A DNA stretch of 64,000 nucleotides from the IMG/VR virus record IMGVR_UViG_3300022879_000001; one strand, given 5' to 3'. The notes below the pieces were generated by a model. It saw only the letters and a program-made list of their open reading frames with translations. It was not told where the DNA came from and did not search any database. The translations under genes were made by a program, and so were the position numbers. Positions 21,176 to 31,654 of this stretch are shown piece by piece. Position 1 is the first letter of the stretch. Every line of letters starts with the position of its first letter. The DNA comes from an uncultured virus (IMG/VR IMGVR_UViG_3300022879_000001). Lineage: Duplodnaviria; Heunggongvirae; Uroviricota; Caudoviricetes.

Positions 21176-22204
21176 TTATGTATTTGCTTCTTCTAATTTC
21201 TTTTTAGCTTTCTCTTCTTTTAACTTAGCGATCTTTTTACGAACATCAGCTTTAGATGCTGGCTTAATATATGATTGTCGAGTGGTCTCTACAGATTTAT
21301 GATTACCCATTTCGGCTGCTAAAGCCAAGTCTCCAGTTGTTTCATAAATTTGATTCAGTGCAGTTTTACGAATGCTATGCGAACGAAAGTCATCGATTCC
21401 AATAATTTCACCAAAACGTTTAATTCTCCATTGAATAGTCTCTTTAACCATTTGTCGATATTCACCATTATGTTTAGTTATAAATAATGCATCTACTTCA
21501 GAGTTATCCATTTCCTTACGCATCTCTAACCATTCTTCAATCAAAGACTTAGTATCTTCTTCGAATATTACTTCAACTTTATATCCACGCTTTTCACGAA
21601 TATCTTCAAATAACATTCCTTCTAAATCTAAAGATGATAAAGTTAACTTTGAAATAGCTCCGACACGATTGCAAGATTGAATCATGATGTTCCAAATCAA
21701 TCTATCTTGAATGTCATATTTTTTATCTTCAATTAAACCTTGTGAAATTTTATCAATTTCTTCTTGTGCTAAGTAATGAGAAGTGATAATACTTTCCTCA
21801 TTTGCACCTTTCATTCGTTCTAACTTGTTAGCAAAGGGATGCTTATCGATAAATTGCCTTTTCTCAGACCAATTGTAGAAGCTGGAAATAACAGAAAGCT
21901 TAGTATTGATTACTTTTTTATTATTACCTAGAGTTTCTTGGCAGAAACTAATGAATCCTTCCATAATATCTACAGCATCATCTAAAAAGTCTTCATCGTA
22001 CAGACTGATGTTATCACATTCTTCCATAAGGTAAACTAAAAACTGATTAAAATAGTTTTGATATACTTTATAAGTTGTATCTTTAACATCTCTGTTTTTC
22101 TGAATATTGCTCTTTAAATATTTTTCATACTGCTTAAAATTATCAGGATTCACTTTTCCTAATTTGTCTTTGGTGAAATACCTAATTTTTGTGATCTTAC
22201 TCAA
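21176..22204 (-). CDS. tyrosine recombinase (YomM-like)
   Basis: Catalytic residues appear intact: CNRVGAI (R), EKRG (K), HSIR (HxxR), GNHKS (H), QSY (Y). Confidence 0.9.
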   Translation of the reverse strand: MSKITKIRYFTKDKLGKVNPDNFKQYEKYLKSNIQKNRDVKDTTYKVYQNYFNQFLVYLMEECDNISLYDEDFLDDAVDIMEGFISFCQETLGNNKKVINTKLSVISSFYNWSEKRQFIDKHPFANKLERMKGANEESIITSHYLAQEEIDKISQGLIEDKKYDIQDRLIWNIMIQSCNRVGAISKLTLSSLDLEGMLFEDIREKRGYKVEVIFEEDTKSLIEEWLEMRKEMDNSEVDALFITKHNGEYRQMVKETIQWRIKRFGEIIGIDDFRSHSIRKTALNQIYETTGDLALAAEMGNHKSVETTRQSYIKPASKADVRKKIAKLKEEKAKKKLEEANT

Positions 22205-22248
22205 TTTAACATTCTCCTTTCAAAAGAATGAAATAAAAAGACTTGAAG

Positions 22249-22767
22249 CTAACGAACTTCAAATCCAAGTTTCTTGTATGCGTTCTTTATAGCTTCAATT
22301 AAATATGTAGGATTAGCTTCAATTCGTCTAATTGTTTCTTGTACAAATGGTCTAGCTTCATTCCACTTACCTTGCCTATACCAATTATCACCATTAAAAT
22401 CTCCATCATTGATTACATCAGTGATAAATTGTCCATTTAGACTATCAATAGGTTGTTCATAAATAGGAGTGTAGTGAGTTTGACCTTTTGTTAAATTTTC
22501 AAATAGAATTCTCACTGTACCGTTTTTAACTTCAACTTTAGTGATTTTCATATTACGAACATCTGACAAACCGCCATCATTCCGTCTACGTTTATATTCA
22601 ACTGGTATGTATTTTCCATAAACTACATCATAAACTGATTGTGACATTGTTTTAGCTAATACTGATTCAATCCTCTTATCACTAAATACCTGTTTAGCAT
22701 TACGTTCTAAATAGCGTTGTATCTGATTTAAGTCTTTAAATTGTATTTTAGACATAATAATCTCCAT
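22249..22767 (-). CDS. tail completion / neck protein (HK97 gp10-like position)
   Basis: YKRRRNDGGLSDVRN and ARPFVQET motifs; located in the structural module. Confidence 0.6.
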   Translation of the reverse strand: MEIIMSKIQFKDLNQIQRYLERNAKQVFSDKRIESVLAKTMSQSVYDVVYGKYIPVEYKRRRNDGGLSDVRNMKITKVEVKNGTVRILFENLTKGQTHYTPIYEQPIDSLNGQFITDVINDGDFNGDNWYRQGKWNEARPFVQETIRRIEANPTYLIEAIKNAYKKLGFEVR

Positions 22768-22824
22768 TGATAATAAAAAGAGAGTAGGGGAGTTAACCCT
22801 ACTCGTTATTATGTATTTATTTAA

Positions 22825-23796
22825 TTAAGCTACTACAACTTCAATAACATCAGTGTAAGTACCGTCAGATACTTTAACATTTGTTTCACCTACAGCTACA
22901 GCAGTAATCTCTCCGTTAACAAAAGTAGCAATTGCTGCATCATCAGTGTCAAAAGTAAGCGTTGTATTGTCCATTAAAACATTACTATAACCACCGCCAC
23001 GAATACCATAAGTGATAACCTTTTGTTTTTCACCAACTGCTAACGTAGCTTCAGAAACATCAGTTGCTAACATTGACACCTTGATACTTGTGCCATTTAC
23101 AGGTAACCATTTGATATAAGCATAATTATCATCATTGTCAACTAAAGTCTTACCATTTAATGTGAATTGAGATACACCATCATGAGTAAGATTAAGTGAT
23201 AATGCGCCATCAAGTTTATAACGAGGAGCTTCAATTTGTTGTTCATATGCTTTGTCACCATCAGAATTGAAGATATCTGAAGTCAATACTAATTTATATG
23301 ATTTAGGGAAATCGTTAGCCGAGATTGTTAATTCGTCAACTTGAGCACTATATTGATATGCTACCTTTAATTCCTTATTAGCATATGCAATATCTGTAAT
23401 GTCTTTACCTGTTGGAGCTTTTGTAACATGATTAGCTGCTAATTCAACATAAACATTACCAATTGGTGTTTGAGAAAGTGATCCTTTGCCAGATGCATCA
23501 AACTTAACTTTTTCTTCTGTGAAATATGAGCTCATTTTATTTTTAATTTCTGAACCAGTTTGTAATGCTAAATATACAGGGGAAAAATCAGCGGCTTCAA
23601 TTTGGAAAGTTAAAACTTTTTGGTAGTTGTATACGAACTGAAGTTTAGAACCTCGTCCTGCAAATAGTTCATTTTCTTGCATAGTTTGTTCCATAGTAGA
23701 ACTTAAAAGTGCAGTACCTTTAACAACTAATGTATCATTAGATGTGTCAATTAATAAGGCGTCTGCTACTGATACTGCAAACAATTTTTCTGTCAT
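22825..23796 (-). CDS. major tail protein with C-terminal Ig-like domain
   Basis: Tail-tube-like N-terminus; Big_2-type end 'TFDTDDAAIATFVNGEITAVAVGETNVKV'; terminator at 22774-22804. Confidence 0.75.
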   Translation of the reverse strand: MTEKLFAVSVADALLIDTSNDTLVVKGTALLSSTMEQTMQENELFAGRGSKLQFVYNYQKVLTFQIEAADFSPVYLALQTGSEIKNKMSSYFTEEKVKFDASGKGSLSQTPIGNVYVELAANHVTKAPTGKDITDIAYANKELKVAYQYSAQVDELTISANDFPKSYKLVLTSDIFNSDGDKAYEQQIEAPRYKLDGALSLNLTHDGVSQFTLNGKTLVDNDDNYAYIKWLPVNGTSIKVSMLATDVSEATLAVGEKQKVITYGIRGGGYSNVLMDNTTLTFDTDDAAIATFVNGEITAVAVGETNVKVSDGTYTDVIEVVVA

Positions 23797-23830
23797 TATA
23801 AAATAACCTCTTTCTTAATTATGTATTTTT

Positions 23831-24589
23831 TTATTTATTTACTAAACCATTCTTTTTACTGATTTGATCTAGTTGTTCCTTAGTTAATACTAAATCATCA
23901 TCAGATGACTTATCTTTAATATGATCCAACCAGTGAGGGATAGTTGTCCCTTCTTTAAATGAAACCATACCGCTGTATTGTGCGTTCTGTAATATATCAG
24001 CGGACTTAATTAAATCAATTCTTTCAATCTCTTTTCTGAATTGATATATTGTTAAATTTCTTATTTCATCATAAGATAGTTTTTGAACACATCTATAAGC
24101 AAAAATTTGCTGTTCTAAATCTGCCATACGTCCATTTTTTTTCGATAGGTGTACCTTAGCATCTGCTTTTGCTTTATCAAAATCACTACCTAATGAATCG
24201 TCTTTAGTTTCTATTAAATTTTGAATACCTATAATCTCACGAAACTTATCAAAATCTCGTTCATGTATTGAATATTTATCATCTATAGAAATAACAATTT
24301 TATTCTTTTCATCTAAGTAGAATCCAATGTCATTTCCTCTTGTTACTAACTCAATCAGCTTGATTAATTTATCAAGTAAATGTTCTGCCTCTGGATTTCG
24401 ACTTACTGCAATTAGAAATGATAAATATGACATCTTAATAATTGCAGGATCACTCATAGAATTCTTTGGTATTATTAAGCAATTTGACGCTTCGTAAAAA
24501 TCAATCATGTTCTCTACTTTTACAGGGTATATTGGTGTGTTTTTTATGTATTTAGGATTTCCCCATACGTTATCAAAATCAATCTTCAT
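23831..24589 (-). CDS. tail assembly protein (YomV-like position)
   Basis: 252 aa; 'IRNLTIYQF...HWL' chaperone-like end; synteny. Confidence 0.55.
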   Translation of the reverse strand: MKIDFDNVWGNPKYIKNTPIYPVKVENMIDFYEASNCLIIPKNSMSDPAIIKMSYLSFLIAVSRNPEAEHLLDKLIKLIELVTRGNDIGFYLDEKNKIVISIDDKYSIHERDFDKFREIIGIQNLIETKDDSLGSDFDKAKADAKVHLSKKNGRMADLEQQIFAYRCVQKLSYDEIRNLTIYQFRKEIERIDLIKSADILQNAQYSGMVSFKEGTTIPHWLDHIKDKSSDDDLVLTKEQLDQISKKNGLVNK

Positions 24590-25131
24590 TTATGTACTCT
24601 CTTAGGTGATTCTTGGAGTGAGGTAGCAGTATAAGCCATTTTGTAACCTATAAAACCTTTAGGAGTATTAGCAATGGGGGAACCAAATGCTAAAATAAAA
24701 TCACCAACATCTGTGATAGGATTGAGAAGTAATAATTCATTTAATCTATCGCAAATCCAAGTCATACGAAAATCTACTATATCAATATCCACATGTACAT
24801 ATACATCAAAATTGTAAACTTGGTCAGATGCATATGGATTATCCTGTAATCTTCCTGCAAATTTATTTTGACTTGTTTGAGGCTTACGAGTTCCTGTATA
24901 AAAACAAATACGAGACATCTTAGAGTCCAAAACTAAATCATAAGTTTTATCTGATGGAAGTAGTATTTTTGAAATAATTGTATACTTATCATCTCTACTC
25001 AATATATCTTTCTTTGATTTATCTAAAGGGTTATCTAATGCGTTCTTAGGAACATAATGAAGAAGTCTTAGTAATTCTTCATCTTTAGATAATTCAATGT
25101 ATATCTTTTCTAACGACTCTTTTAACTTCAT
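24586..25131 (-). CDS. tail terminator-like protein (YomW-like position)
   Basis: Coupled ATGA overlap; synteny. Confidence 0.55.
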   Translation of the reverse strand: MKLKESLEKIYIELSKDEELLRLLHYVPKNALDNPLDKSKKDILSRDDKYTIISKILLPSDKTYDLVLDSKMSRICFYTGTRKPQTSQNKFAGRLQDNPYASDQVYNFDVYVHVDIDIVDFRMTWICDRLNELLLLNPITDVGDFILAFGSPIANTPKGFIGYKMAYTATSLQESPKRVHK

Positions 25132-25808
25132 CCATTATCCTCCTCACCAGAATTACTTCTACCTTCGCGTTCACCTGTAATACGTAGAATACCCACTTTA
25201 TTAATTGAAGATGATGGGTCAATACGAATAATACGATAAGTTTCATTGTATAAATTAAATTGTTCGTTTAATTCAATTGAAGGGGCTTCAGTGTAAGGGA
25301 TAGTTATCATTACTTGGTTTGCTAATAAGTTTACAGGTTCGTTGGTATCTGCAATAGCAGTAGAAGCGTCATTCATTTTTACTACACAAGGTACTTGAAT
25401 TATTTCTCCAGGAATAATGTCGTAAACAGGTCTTCCTAAATTATCTATACCTACTTGAACCTTTTTATCCTCTAATTTAACAGGAAATGATGCACTACAT
25501 AAACGTACTTCTGCTTTTCTATAAATCCTATTGTCTTCTGATTTAGTTACAATTAACCAATACTCACTATCGTATTCAATCAAGTTTCCTCGTTCAATAT
25601 CAACTATGTGACCAATTATTTTCATACCTTCACCATCAGCATCCCATTTTTGATTCATGAGAACTTTAGCTAGTTTGTCATAATTAATTTTTACATCATA
25701 AGATGAATATCCATTTAATGAACGATTCAACAAGAATAATGAGTCGTGTTCAATTTTTTTAGTCACATCAATTCTGTGATAATTACTAAAGTCTTTCAAC
25801 TTCATCAC
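25128..25808 (-). CDS. head closure-like protein (YomX-like position)
   Basis: 'IERGNLIEYDSEYWLIV' beta-barrel motif; synteny; true start probably the GTG near 25799-25808. Confidence 0.55.
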   Translation of the reverse strand: MMKLKDFSNYHRIDVTKKIEHDSLFLLNRSLNGYSSYDVKINYDKLAKVLMNQKWDADGEGMKIIGHIVDIERGNLIEYDSEYWLIVTKSEDNRIYRKAEVRLCSASFPVKLEDKKVQVGIDNLGRPVYDIIPGEIIQVPCVVKMNDASTAIADTNEPVNLLANQVMITIPYTEAPSIELNEQFNLYNETYRIIRIDPSSSINKVGILRITGEREGRSNSGEEDNG

Positions 25809-26043
25809 CTACAATCACTAATTGATAAGGCAATCTACCAAGACTTCCACTTACATCAAGAATATTATTCTTAATTTCTAGTAATTCATCGTTAGTTTCT
25901 AATGATTCTCCTACATACTTTTCAATTAAATGTAAAGTAGCATTATTTTTACGTTTAAGAAACCTCATATACATTTGGATAGGTTCTAATCCATCAATAA
26001 AGAAATCATTATCTATGTCAACTTTTATGTTTTTATGAATCAT
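25786..26043 (-). CDS. small hypothetical virion-module protein
   Basis: 85 aa, overlapping both neighbours. Confidence 0.55.
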   Translation of the reverse strand: MIHKNIKVDIDNDFFIDGLEPIQMYMRFLKRKNNATLHLIEKYVGESLETNDELLEIKNNILDVSGSLGRLPYQLVIVGDEVERL

Positions 26044-26441
26044 AAAAAGTCCTCCATAGCATTTAAAATAATTTCATCTATTAAATCTTCTTGTTCCTTA
26101 ACAGACTTATTGAGAGAATCTAATTGTGTTTTAAAATTTCTAACTCCTACATCAGCAGAAAATGGGTTGTATAATTTTTCATAAAATACTCTTGAGTTTA
26201 TTAACTGAATCAACTTTATATAAGCTGATAGTAGAATCAAATGATCTTCACCTGATAATCCTTCTACAGTCTCAGATGCATTATTACAAACAGCAGTAGT
26301 ACGAAGTCTGTTATTAACTCTAATAACTGCATTTTGTATTACAGATGGTATTTGATCTGGATGAGGTAAGTCTACATCTTCTACCATGTAATTCTCTAAA
26401 AAACTAGTCCATATACAATCGTAAGTAAGCAAATTTAACAC
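26040..26441 (-). CDS. head-tail adaptor-like protein (YomZ-like position)
   Basis: 133 aa helical protein; synteny after the capsid genes. Confidence 0.55.
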   Translation of the reverse strand: MLNLLTYDCIWTSFLENYMVEDVDLPHPDQIPSVIQNAVIRVNNRLRTTAVCNNASETVEGLSGEDHLILLSAYIKLIQLINSRVFYEKLYNPFSADVGVRNFKTQLDSLNKSVKEQEDLIDEIILNAMEDFL

Positions 26442-26909
26442 CTACTTTTCTTCATCTAATTCATTTTTGTACCATTGTTCAATCCATGAAGTTTTAGCAC
26501 CTGATAATTCATCTTTAATATCTTCAGCTACACCTTTGATAAAACTTTTCTCAGATTTAACTGTAACTTTATTAAGTGTTGACTTCATTTTATTAATATT
26601 TCCAGAAAGAATTGCTACGATTTCATCATGACTATGAGAGTTATCTAAAACTTCTTGTACATCTAGAATCTCATCCATTACAGCTTCTTTATTCGGTTGT
26701 TCATCAGCAATAACTAATTCACCATTACGAATACAGTTACCACTCATATTCAACTCATCAAATACTTCACGAGGAACTGCTTGTACATGAGGCTTACGAC
26801 CTTCTATAAATCCATTCCATTTATAAGGAATATTCTTGATACCATTCTTATAATTAACATAGTAATCAGCAGGGCGTTTACGCACTAAATAAATTTTTTC
26901 GTTTTCCAT
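26442..26909 (-). CDS. YonA-like hypothetical protein (start MENEKIY)
   Basis: GGAAAAGAGG RBS before the ATG at 26909; the track's N-terminal extension overlaps a terminator. Confidence 0.6.
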   Translation of the reverse strand: MENEKIYLVRKRPADYYVNYKNGIKNIPYKWNGFIEGRKPHVQAVPREVFDELNMSGNCIRNGELVIADEQPNKEAVMDEILDVQEVLDNSHSHDEIVAILSGNINKMKSTLNKVTVKSEKSFIKGVAEDIKDELSGAKTSWIEQWYKNELDEEK

Positions 26910-26977
26910 TACATCTTCCTCTTTTCCAAATATAATAAAAGAGGAGATATTAAATCTCCTCATATGTATTTATTTTA

Positions 26978-28000
26978 TTAAAGTGTGACAGCATCATCCT
27001 TAACAAATCCTACTGCTTCACCTAAAATGAAATCAACAGCTAAATCGACTTTGATATCCATCTCTACACGCATTAAGTTCTTATTGAACTCAGAGTATTG
27101 ACGTGCTCCACCAAATTCAACAAGTTTAAGAGGTTTGTAACCTACTCCACTAGAGAACATGTAACCTTCGTTAACAGGTAATTGAGTACGTTCATTAGCT
27201 GAACCAATAGAGTTGATAATCCAAGGATTAACAAGGTTCACAGCAGTAGTACGAGCAATTTTAGTAACAGCCATGCTTTCCATTAACTCTTGTTTGTACT
27301 CATTAACTAGTAATGGAGCATATGTAGCACTTTCCGGTAATTGTAAAGCGAAGTGATCAATAAGAGAAGTATCACCAACGAATACAGCTTTACCACCAAG
27401 ACGAGCAAAACGAGAAGCGAATTTAACATATTGATCGATAGTTAGGTTATTACCAGTTAATTGGTTGGTAGTAGGAATACGAGAATCAGCTACAGCAGCT
27501 TGGAATAGCTTAGTGATTAATTCAAATTTTAAAGCTACAATAGCATCTGCTGATTTATTAACTAAGTTGTTGAATGCTTCTATATCTCCACGACCTAATG
27601 CATCCATTTCATAATAAATACCTGTAGAGTATTCTTTAGGAACTAAAGTACGTTGAGCATTTGAAGCAACACGTACATGTTCTACTGACGCACCATTAGC
27701 AGACCATACAAACTTAGCATTGAATTCTTGTGGAATGTCATATAAGAAAGCATTACCACGCTCGGTACGTTCTTGACTAGCTAGGATTTCAAGTAATTCA
27801 TAAGATTTACGTTGAGCGATAATTTCTGCTTCCTTAATTACTACGTTGTTGAATTGTTGCAATTCATGTTGAGAAGGAATAGTTCCTTGTCCAAAAGTCT
27901 CATTCATATAAGCTTTAAATTTAACGTCATCTGAAGCCTCTGTTTTGTTGTTTAGAATACGGTTAAATAAACCTGATAATTTTTCAGTATCGATTGCCAT
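26978..28000 (-). CDS. major capsid protein (YonB-like)
   Basis: 340 aa; 'ELQQFNNVVIKEAE', 'FVWSANGASVEHVRV'; position after scaffold and decoration genes; terminator follows. Confidence 0.75.
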   Translation of the reverse strand: MAIDTEKLSGLFNRILNNKTEASDDVKFKAYMNETFGQGTIPSQHELQQFNNVVIKEAEIIAQRKSYELLEILASQERTERGNAFLYDIPQEFNAKFVWSANGASVEHVRVASNAQRTLVPKEYSTGIYYEMDALGRGDIEAFNNLVNKSADAIVALKFELITKLFQAAVADSRIPTTNQLTGNNLTIDQYVKFASRFARLGGKAVFVGDTSLIDHFALQLPESATYAPLLVNEYKQELMESMAVTKIARTTAVNLVNPWIINSIGSANERTQLPVNEGYMFSSGVGYKPLKLVEFGGARQYSEFNKNLMRVEMDIKVDLAVDFILGEAVGFVKDDAVTL

Positions 28001-28678
28001 AAATAAATTTCCTCTTTTCTAATTGTTTTTATGTATTTGTTTAATTAAACACCTTTTATTACTACTAAACGAATAGTTGGTTGTCCTAATGTGTAAGTAG
28101 CGTCAAGCTCTGTACGACGAACTTCGAAGAATACAGGGTGAGTAGTTGCAGTAGCAGCAGGATCTACTACAAATTTCTTTTTAGTAGCATCGTAAAATGC
28201 TTTGTCCCCAACTTTAATTTCAGTACCTGCAGTAATGTGTTCATAAGCTGAAACGTCAAATAATAAGCCATTAGTTAAGTAAACTACACGTTGTTTTTCT
28301 CCTGCGCCATTATAAAATTGAGCGATGTCATCTTGAGGTAGATATGTACGTTCTACACCTGCTGTTAAGAAGATGTGATTAGCATCAGTTTCATCTGCAA
28401 ATGCTTTAACTTGCAATTCGTTAGCTCCACCAATATTTACTGATTTACCACCAACTGTTACAGTAACGTCATTAGCAGATAGCTTACCTTGCACTAAATG
28501 GAAGTTGTCAATGTCCTCAGTGAAGAATGCGCCATTTGCATAATCTTGAATATATTGTTGTGCAGATACTAAGTTACCAACTGAACGTACATCTAATTTT
28601 GATAAAGTATTAAAAGCTTTAGTTGCCATAAATAAATTTCCTCTTTTCTAATTGTTTTTATGTATTTGTTTAATTAAA
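27994..28678. repeat. perfect 56-bp direct repeat (27994-28049 and 28623-28678)
   Basis: Both copies read ttgccataaataaatttcctcttttctaattgtttttatgtatttgtttaattaaa. Confidence 0.95.
28045..28629 (-). CDS. head decoration/cement-like protein (YonC-like)
   Basis: 194 aa beta-rich protein between scaffold and major capsid genes. Confidence 0.6.
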   Translation of the reverse strand: MATKAFNTLSKLDVRSVGNLVSAQQYIQDYANGAFFTEDIDNFHLVQGKLSANDVTVTVGGKSVNIGGANELQVKAFADETDANHIFLTAGVERTYLPQDDIAQFYNGAGEKQRVVYLTNGLLFDVSAYEHITAGTEIKVGDKAFYDATKKKFVVDPAATATTHPVFFEVRRTELDATYTLGQPTIRLVVIKGV

Positions 28679-30053
28679 TTCTCATGTCACTTAATGGATC
28701 ATCTAGATCTGGACTTAATTTCTCACGTTTAGGAGATGCTAATCCTGCTAACTTGCTAGATACAGTATTGACTTGAGATTTTACTTCTTGCTTAGTATTG
28801 AATTGTTCAAGAATCATTTCATTCAGTGCTAATTTAGCATCAACACCTTCTTCACTGTCTAAAATAGACGTTGCTATTAGAGATTGGACTTCTTCTGATT
28901 CAAAGTCTTTAGAGTTGAATACTTTAGAATACTTAGTCTTAGCTTCATCTAATTTAGCCTCCAATTGAGCATTAAGCATCTGTTCTTGGATAGGCTTCAA
29001 TACGTCTAGTTCAGAGTTTAATTGTGTGATAGTATCAGTAGCAGATTCTAACTTAACCACTAAGTCTGATTTTGTATTTGTTAACTCTTCAATTTTAGAA
29101 TTAAGTTGCGTCACTTGTTCTTGTAGCTCGTTAGTGACAGTTACCCATTCACGTTTTTCATTTACTTCTTGTTTGGATTCTAAATTTACAGTTACTACAT
29201 CATTTTCAACTACATAGTCAAAACGATAATGATTCCATGCTTTTTCTTCTTCAATTTCAATAATTGTATGAGTTTCAAATACTTCAACTACCCAACACCA
29301 ATCATCTTCCTTTAGTGATACATTCACTTGTTCACGAATTTGACCACGAATATCATCATGTGATAATTCATTTAATTGAGTTTTTGCTTTTCCTGTCAAT
29401 GAATTGACCTCCTTATTTTGATTTATTGCTTGTGCTACTAAACGATTAAATTCTTGTAAGTTATTCAAAGACAACATTGTAGCTGATTCATATGCTGGGA
29501 TAATTTTTTCACCTAATATACAATGACCTTCAAAGTAGATAGGGGAAAGGTGGTGTTCTACACCATCAATGAAAGCATGATTGCTATATAAATACTCGCA
29601 TGACATAGGTAAACTGTTACCGTCATTGAATAGCTTAATTAATAATTCAATAGCTTCTTCATACCTAGAACGCCATAATACCGCATCTGCTACAAAAACT
29701 TCTCTATCTTCACCATCAATTTCTACAGTTTTCATATAACCTTCAGATGTAAAAGAACCAATTGCAATAGTATCTCTATTTACAAACTGTTTGCCATTTT
29801 TATCTTCATCTAAAAACTCTTCATGTGTACCAAAATCTTCTTTATCAGAAAGATATTTAGTTACAATTGGCATTCCTAGAATAGATTCTTTAGCTTCTAA
29901 TAGTACATCTTCAGTTACTTTTACATTATTTAATGATTTAGTAGTGTCCATAATAATAAAAGAGGCATGAGTTTTAGTTGGATCATTTAAATCATGCTTC
30001 GCTTCATTTAATATTAATTCGAATTGTTGTTTTTTAGTTTCTCTATTTTTCAA
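28674..30053 (-). CDS. prohead protease/scaffold (YonD-like)
   Basis: N-terminal protease-like domain (FGTHE, MSCEY, IPAYESA) with acidic coiled-coil C-terminus. Confidence 0.75.
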   Translation of the reverse strand: MKNRETKKQQFELILNEAKHDLNDPTKTHASFIIMDTTKSLNNVKVTEDVLLEAKESILGMPIVTKYLSDKEDFGTHEEFLDEDKNGKQFVNRDTIAIGSFTSEGYMKTVEIDGEDREVFVADAVLWRSRYEEAIELLIKLFNDGNSLPMSCEYLYSNHAFIDGVEHHLSPIYFEGHCILGEKIIPAYESATMLSLNNLQEFNRLVAQAINQNKEVNSLTGKAKTQLNELSHDDIRGQIREQVNVSLKEDDWCWVVEVFETHTIIEIEEEKAWNHYRFDYVVENDVVTVNLESKQEVNEKREWVTVTNELQEQVTQLNSKIEELTNTKSDLVVKLESATDTITQLNSELDVLKPIQEQMLNAQLEAKLDEAKTKYSKVFNSKDFESEEVQSLIATSILDSEEGVDAKLALNEMILEQFNTKQEVKSQVNTVSSKLAGLASPKREKLSPDLDDPLSDMRI

Positions 30054-30089
30054 TATTTCACCTCCTTTTAAAGGGGATAAATTGAATTA

Positions 30090-31607
30090 CTAATTGTCAG
30101 ATTCTCTAGAGCGTACAGTATTTTCATTAGTTACTTCTGAATCAGATACTGGAGGTCTACCATTGTTTATGATATCGCTAGAATTAGCTGTGAAAGAGGT
30201 AGCGTAAGGTACTATAATACTTTGCAACTTTAACTGTTCAGTTTCGTACAATGTTTCTGCTAGATACTCATCAAAATTGAATCCTAATTCCTCTATGTAA
30301 TGTCTAATAGACCAACCTTTATCAGTCATTCCTTTTAACGCTGTAACTTTTTCAGCCTTAGTTAAAGGTACTTCTTTCTCGTAAACCATACAGAAATTAT
30401 CTATTTGTGTATTTGGTAACATTAAATTAAACATTTTAGAGTATACTTCATCTTCTACATCCTCTAGCATTACAGCTATCCGTTTATAGAATATTTCTAA
30501 GTTTAATTTCGCAATAGCATAGTTAGTACCTTCACCGTTAGTCATAGCTCCACTAATACCGTATGATGCTTTGATATCAGAGTTTACGGTTTGGAATTTG
30601 TCTCCACCTAAGCCGTCAACATCAACCTTTTCAAAATCAATTTTTGCATACTCTGGTATAGTTACAACTGATACTCCACCCATTTGCTTTTGTTCTAATG
30701 CGGATTTAACACCTAGATGAATCTTTTTCTTTACTGCACTAGGCAACACAGCATTGGCGTATTTCTCAAAGTTTTTCTCAGAACCAACAGTTAATACAGC
30801 TACAGCATTAATGATTTTATTTGCTAATGATTGTTCTAAGTCTTTCAACTTTTTTTTATGCATTACATCAAATAAACCAGTAGTTCCCCAAGAAGTACCT
30901 TGTGCTTGATTACGTTTCAATTTACCAGTACCTAAACAAAAAGTTCGTTCATATGGGAGAGTGTAGTATTGCTTATTCACCATATCTTCCATATACTCAT
31001 CATATTTTTTGCGAATATTTAATACACTTAACATATCAAAATACAATTCTCGTTGTTCTGGTATCATAGTGTTAAACCATGACAAATCTAATACACAAGT
31101 CCATTCACCAAAATAATTACGCCCTATAGGGAATGCGAATTGCGTATTATCAAATACAAAAGGGAAGGGGGAGGATACTTGACCTAACCATAAACCAACT
31201 ACATTACCTGATGACGCATTTTGTTTAATCAAATCACGTGTTAATCGTCTATGTTTGATTTTCTTCAAATGTTTATTTAATTTCTTAACTTGTGCACCAG
31301 TACTATTGTTATGTTTCAATACTTCAATTCTATAATTCATAGAAGGTAATACTTCAACCATTTCGAACAATTGATGTACATCAGCATTAGATATGTAGAA
31401 ATACTGCACTAAATCTTCAATTTCCTTTTGATAGAAGTCTGGATTAGAAAACATTTTATGTAATTTTTCTACATTTATAGAATCGATAATGCCATGCTTA
31501 AACATACCTGATATAAATCCAGTTGAGTATTCCAACATGTAATCTACATAGGAATTAGCCTGTGATTCAAATTCATCCAAGTTTGATTTTTTATTTTCTG
31601 TTGTCAT
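30090..31607 (-). CDS. portal protein (YonE-like)
   Basis: 505 aa directly downstream of the terminase; C-terminal GRPP motif. Confidence 0.8.
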   Translation of the reverse strand: MTTENKKSNLDEFESQANSYVDYMLEYSTGFISGMFKHGIIDSINVEKLHKMFSNPDFYQKEIEDLVQYFYISNADVHQLFEMVEVLPSMNYRIEVLKHNNSTGAQVKKLNKHLKKIKHRRLTRDLIKQNASSGNVVGLWLGQVSSPFPFVFDNTQFAFPIGRNYFGEWTCVLDLSWFNTMIPEQRELYFDMLSVLNIRKKYDEYMEDMVNKQYYTLPYERTFCLGTGKLKRNQAQGTSWGTTGLFDVMHKKKLKDLEQSLANKIINAVAVLTVGSEKNFEKYANAVLPSAVKKKIHLGVKSALEQKQMGGVSVVTIPEYAKIDFEKVDVDGLGGDKFQTVNSDIKASYGISGAMTNGEGTNYAIAKLNLEIFYKRIAVMLEDVEDEVYSKMFNLMLPNTQIDNFCMVYEKEVPLTKAEKVTALKGMTDKGWSIRHYIEELGFNFDEYLAETLYETEQLKLQSIIVPYATSFTANSSDIINNGRPPVSDSEVTNENTVRSRESDN

Positions 31608-31654
31608 TTTTCACCTCCTGTGTACGAAATAAAGCATGAGAGTATTTAGTGATT

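Noticed and set aside
21176..22204. Calling this gene the prophage integrase with a nearby att site
   Set aside because: It lies inside the tail module with phage genes on both sides; no host junction is visible in the window
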